Shown piece by piece: positions 60,156 through 64,000 of a DNA stretch of 64,000 nucleotides. The stretch lies in sequence record MZ170040.1; one strand, written 5' to 3'. This DNA is from Escherichia phage vB_EcoM_FJ1. Each line of letters starts with the position of its first letter. Within the stretch, counting starts at the first letter, position 1. A program made the translations under genes and the position numbers. The notes under the pieces were generated by a model that saw only the letters and a program-made list of their open reading frames with translations, made no database searches and was not told where the DNA came from.

Positions 60156-60488
60156 TTAAAAAGGATCAGGAACATATCCGCTAGCTTTAATCATTTTAAT
60201 TAACGTTAACATTCCTTTGTTAACTGCTCGTGAGATTTCATCAAAAACTTCATCACTAAAAAGTTCTAACACGCCCTTCTGAACTTTTAATTTACAGCCA
60301 ACAATTTCGTCATCGCCTATAGTAAATTCGTTTCCGCCAATTCCACCGAAAAACTTAATTACACCAGTTAACTGTCTTCCACGAGAATATGGGTCGTGTG
60401 ATAAAGTAATATGAGTCACCCCGGGTACAGTTTTAAATTGGCAGCGAATATTTACTTGTGAAATTCCAGTTACATGAATGTCAGACAT
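60156..60488 (-). CDS. hypothetical protein (frd.2 position)
   Basis: 110 aa ATG ORF. Confidence 0.55.
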   Translation of the reverse strand: MSDIHVTGISQVNIRCQFKTVPGVTHITLSHDPYSRGRQLTGVIKFFGGIGGNEFTIGDDEIVGCKLKVQKGVLELFSDEVFDEISRAVNKGMLTLIKMIKASGYVPDPF

Positions 60489-60498
60489 AATATTTTCC

Positions 60499-60741
60499 TC
60501 AAATAGACTTTTTCACAATTTTCCAATCAGCTTTAAACTGATCGACGTCAGAGTGATAAATCCAAAATCCTGCGCTTTCACCGTCTTCATAAAGCGGACA
60601 CCCATCACATTCATCTTCCCATCCCATGCCACGTAAAAGGTGTTCAGCTTTTTCAACAAGTTCAGAATCTTTACCGATGATATTAAAATACCATTTACCT
60701 CTAACTTCTGAATCTTTGATGCTCTGGCGTTGTAATCTCAT
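60499..60741 (-). CDS. hypothetical protein (frd.3 position)
   Basis: 80 aa ATG ORF. Confidence 0.55.
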   Translation of the reverse strand: MRLQRQSIKDSEVRGKWYFNIIGKDSELVEKAEHLLRGMGWEDECDGCPLYEDGESAGFWIYHSDVDQFKADWKIVKKSI

Positions 60742-60751
60742 TTTATTCTCC

Positions 60752-60820
60752 TTAGCAAGCTTTAATCAAAAGATATAAACAGACCAACATAACTGCTGCC
60801 ATAATATAAGGTGCGAACAT
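60752..60820 (-). CDS. putative 22-aa hydrophobic micro-protein (MFAPYIMAAVMLVCLYLLIKAC)
   Basis: ATG with GGAG 8 nt upstream; GTTTAC-N18-TACTAT promoter-like sequence at 60851-60880. Confidence 0.35.
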   Translation of the reverse strand: MFAPYIMAAVMLVCLYLLIKAC

Positions 60821-60879
60821 TTTCTTTTCTCCATTAGTTTTGATAGGGTAATAGTATCACACTACTACTCTTCTGTAAA

Positions 60880-61245
60880 CTACTTTTTGAAAGTTTTTCG
60901 CAAAAGTTCAATGATTTCATCTACATTGTTTTCGTCAACAATGCAGTGAATTTTTGTTACGCCAGAAACCTTGTCTTTGACTTCATCTTCTTCAGAAGTC
61001 GGTTCTTTATACTCACGAAAACAATGAAATTCATCTTCGCAGACGTTGAAGTAAAAATGCTTTCCATTGGCGCATTCTACGTGTTTTACTACTTTAAATC
61101 CATCAGCAAAGAAAACTTCTTTAACTTCAAACCATCCGCCATTTTCTTGAATAGCTTTAACTATTAATGAATTAGAACGCGGGCGATAATTAATAAATGT
61201 ATCAATAAGTCTTGGAACAAGTTCGTACTTTTTATCAATATACAT
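60880..61245 (-). CDS. hypothetical protein with Cys/His cluster
   Basis: 121 aa ATG ORF; HVECANGKHFYFNVCEDEFHCF segment. Confidence 0.55.
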   Translation of the reverse strand: MYIDKKYELVPRLIDTFINYRPRSNSLIVKAIQENGGWFEVKEVFFADGFKVVKHVECANGKHFYFNVCEDEFHCFREYKEPTSEEDEVKDKVSGVTKIHCIVDENNVDEIIELLRKTFKK

Positions 61246-61289
61246 TATGTTTTCCTCATTTTAATAGGGGCTTGATAGCCCCTCGATAA

Positions 61290-61520
61290 TTACTGTTCAA
61301 TCAATCCCATGTAAAATTCTGCATCTTCAGCATCCATACCATCACAGTATTCATTAGCCATAAATCGTTCAAGAACTTCTAAAGGACCTTCAATAACAAT
61401 AGAAAAATTGCAATAATTGGGATCATCATGAATACTTGTGATACTAAGTTCAGGATAACGATTACGAATAATTTCTTCAATATATTCAAAATCAACGATG
61501 TCAATATCAACTTTAGCCAT
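61290..61520 (-). CDS. hypothetical acidic protein
   Basis: Second ATG at 61520 has AGAGGA SD (76 aa); track gives 83 aa from ATG at 61541. Confidence 0.5.
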   Translation of the reverse strand: MAKVDIDIVDFEYIEEIIRNRYPELSITSIHDDPNYCNFSIVIEGPLEVLERFMANEYCDGMDAEDAEFYMGLIEQ

Positions 61521-61613
61521 ATTGTTTTCCTCTTTAATCATCAGCAGTATTGCCGATAGTTGTATAGTACCATAAAGCTTTATGCTTGTAAACCGTTTTG
61601 TGAAAAAATTTTT

Positions 61614-61643
61614 GAAATAAAAAAGGGGACCTCTAGGGTCCCC
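61614..61643 (-). terminator. intrinsic terminator after gene 32
   Basis: Minus strand GGGGACC-loop-GGTCCCC followed by TTTTTTATTTC. Confidence 0.65.
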
Positions 61644-61665
61644 AATTAATTAGTAATATAATCTA

Positions 61666-62571
61666 TTAAAGGTCATTCAAAAGGTCATCCAGGTCCGTGT
61701 CATCAGCACTAGATGAACTGCCAGAGCTTGAGCTCATAAAATCATCTTCAGTTTTTGTATTGAAGTCATCAACATTGAATGCATCCAAATCATCAGCAAC
61801 TTTATCAGCTTTCTTAGCAGCAGTTGCTGCGGCACCACCCATAGCAGCAGTTCCCATAACTTGACTGAACTTAGTGCTCAGTTCTTCAAACGATTTGAAT
61901 TTATCTTTAGAAGTCATTTCAGAAAGGTCAACCATTTGTTCGAACAGTTCTTTCTGGAAAGATTCATCGTCAATATTTGGAATCGCAGATTGATTCAGGA
62001 ATTTAGATTCGTCGTAGTTACTAAATCCAGAAACCTGTTTAACTTTCAGTACAAAGTTAGCACCTTCCCACGGGCAAGTTACATCAACTGGAGTTTCACC
62101 CATTTCTACATCAACCGCAATCATTGCATTGATTTTATCCCAGATTTTCTTACCGAAACGGTATTTAAATACTTTACCTTCGTTTTCTGGAGCAGCTGGG
62201 TCTTTTACTACAAGAATGTTAGCCCAGTAAGAAGTTTTACGTTTAACAAGACTGTACTCTTTATTGTCAGTGTTGTACAGATCATTTTTACTGATGTACT
62301 GACATACTGGGCAAGAATCGTAATCACCATGGGTAGATGAACATGTTTCAATATACCATTTACCATTTTTCTTGAAACCGTGATTTACAAGAATTGCGAA
62401 TGGTGCTTGTTCATCATTTTTAGACGGAAGAAAACGAATTACTGCTTGACCGTTACCCGCATTATCGAGTTTCAGTTTCCACTCGCCTTTATCTTCAGAA
62501 GAAAAACCTTTATTGCCATTCAGTTTAGCCATTTGTGCAGCAAGTTCAGCAGTAGATTTACGTTTAAACAT
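61666..62571 (-). CDS. 32: single-stranded DNA-binding protein gp32
   Basis: 301 aa; sequence recognised as T4 gp32, including acidic C-terminal tail. Confidence 0.95.
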
Positions 62572-62625
62572 TTTATTTCCTTTTTAATTTAATTTAATTA
62601 ACAGTTGGTGCTATGACACTTTACC

Positions 62626-63258
62626 TCATAGCTGGCATAATTCGCAATACTCTGGGTCTTCGAGAGGTATCCAACCTGAGTTGAAATACTTTACCATCGA
62701 TTTAGCAGTTGTATCAGTTATATTTATATTACCTTTAACTCTTCGCCATCCAGGAGTTTTACCGTACAGATTAGAGGATAATAATAACACATAATTCTCG
62801 TAAGCAATATGAGATAATTTCCAAGACTCTATATTAGCTCGTGATGTTTTCCAAGGTCTAAAATCGTCACGGTTCATATAATTAGCCAATCTCATATGCT
62901 CTCTAACTTCCGGGTCTTTGGCTGGATGAGTTTCACCACTCACACCAAATCCACCACCAGCATATACCAGATTAAAATAGTCTGGATTATCTCTGGCATT
63001 TACTTCAAGTTGGTATTTTCGTTCTGCTTCAATAACATCCAAGTCATCATCAATTTGAATTATTTTAACGCTCGGTTTTTGAAGCATTAGCGCATTCAAA
63101 AATCTTTTTTGTTTACATGAGCTCCAGTATTCCTTTCCGGAAGAGTCATATATTATTCCGTTCTCAAATGAGCAATTTAATTTACTACCGATATAGTAGT
63201 ATGGCGGAGTCTTATTTTTGACACGGTCTTCAAATGTAAACCAATATACTATATTCAT
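62626..63258 (-). CDS. GIY-YIG homing endonuclease-like protein (segG position between 32 and 59)
   Basis: 210 aa; N-terminal IVYWFTF...YYYIGSK resembles a GIY-(10)-YIG motif. Confidence 0.6.
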   Translation of the reverse strand: MNIVYWFTFEDRVKNKTPPYYYIGSKLNCSFENGIIYDSSGKEYWSSCKQKRFLNALMLQKPSVKIIQIDDDLDVIEAERKYQLEVNARDNPDYFNLVYAGGGFGVSGETHPAKDPEVREHMRLANYMNRDDFRPWKTSRANIESWKLSHIAYENYVLLLSSNLYGKTPGWRRVKGNINITDTTAKSMVKYFNSGWIPLEDPEYCELCQL

Positions 63259-63259
63259 A

Positions 63260-63913
63260 TCAATACTTGCAAGATTTCACAGTTTCAATGAAAACACTTT
63301 TAGCTTTCTGTGAATCAATATTTAAAATTTTTCTATAAGCCTTTAACTTTATAGAATAATTATTCCAGACTAAATTATCAGTCTGTTCATCATGTTTATC
63401 AATTATATTTAAAAACGAATCAAGCAAGATAAACGTCTCAAACGAAATTATGTTCGATTGCAGAAGTTTAAAAATATAACTTGATTGAACTTTTGGATTA
63501 TACTCAAAGATTTCTTTAAAAGCAGAAACTTCAACTTTTTTACTAAAATAATAAATGTTGCGAATATCTTCTTCAAACTTAAATTTAATTTGCTTTAAGC
63601 GTCCGATATATTCACGATAAAACACAAGTGCATCAGCGTCAGAGATGTCACCAATCCAAGCATCTTGGTTAGCAACCAAATTACTTATAAAGATTAAAGC
63701 AAGTTCCTTTAATTTATATTTTTCTGATAACTTCTGGAAAAAATACTTATCCCTTCGCTTTTGATAAGCGGCATCAGACACCCGCATGCACCAATTATAC
63801 TTAATTACATCATACTTTCCATTCATATGTTGTTTTATCATTAAGTATAATTTATAAACTGATTTACCATCAATATATCTTTCACCACCAGCAGGCATGC
63901 GGAGTTTAATCAT
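63260..63913 (-). CDS. 59: helicase loader gp59
   Basis: 217 aa; sequence recognised as T4 gp59. Confidence 0.9.
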   Translation of the reverse strand: MIKLRMPAGGERYIDGKSVYKLYLMIKQHMNGKYDVIKYNWCMRVSDAAYQKRRDKYFFQKLSEKYKLKELALIFISNLVANQDAWIGDISDADALVFYREYIGRLKQIKFKFEEDIRNIYYFSKKVEVSAFKEIFEYNPKVQSSYIFKLLQSNIISFETFILLDSFLNIIDKHDEQTDNLVWNNYSIKLKAYRKILNIDSQKAKSVFIETVKSCKY

Positions 63914-64000
63914 AGTAGAAAATCTAATGTATTAGTTTTTTCACAACGAACAACAGAAGGACGTAAAAGATTTTCGTCAATAGCTTCCGACTGAATTTTT

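Overview
This window is a ~64 kb stretch of a T-even (T4-like) myovirus genome, colinear with phage T4 from the 3' part of gene 7 through gene 59. Gene calls rest on the supplied ORF track, my recognition of the translated proteins, protein lengths and conserved gene order; no database search was run. Several track starts are TTG or GTG codons, and I moved those to the in-frame ATG with a Shine-Dalgarno where noted. Bases 1-22741 (+ strand) carry the late structural module: baseplate wedge 7-11, short tail fibre 12, fibritin wac, neck 13/14, tail completion 15, terminase 16/17, sheath 18, tube 19, portal 20, prohead core 67/68, protease 21, scaffold 22, major capsid 23 and vertex 24, with TATAAATA late promoters before most genes. 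Bases 22771-31453 hold rnlB, 24.2, 24.3, hoc, inh (-), segE, uvsW (+), then uvsY, 25 and 26 (-). Bases 31504-37746 (+) hold the baseplate hub genes 51, 27, 28, 29, 48 and 54. Bases 37775-63913 (-) are the early/middle region: alt, DNA ligase 30, the 30.x cluster, rIII, 31, cd and the cd.x cluster, pseT, spanins, alc, rnlA, denA, nrdB, nrdA, td, frd, 32, a segG-like GIY-YIG gene and 59. No rRNA, tRNA or CRISPR array was found. The most notable departures from the T4 arrangement as I remember it are: (1) a hoc gene of 664 codons with four tandem 96-codon Ig-like units; (2) a 119-codon ORF inserted between frd and td; (3) a decayed tandem copy of the alt 5' end directly downstream of alt; (4) two identical 54-bp early-promoter cassettes 14 kb apart; (5) intron-less td and nrdB; (6) a ~350-bp ORF-free, GC-elevated segment upstream of rIII. 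I found no single clearly novel multi-gene system; the candidates above are ranked in the findings.
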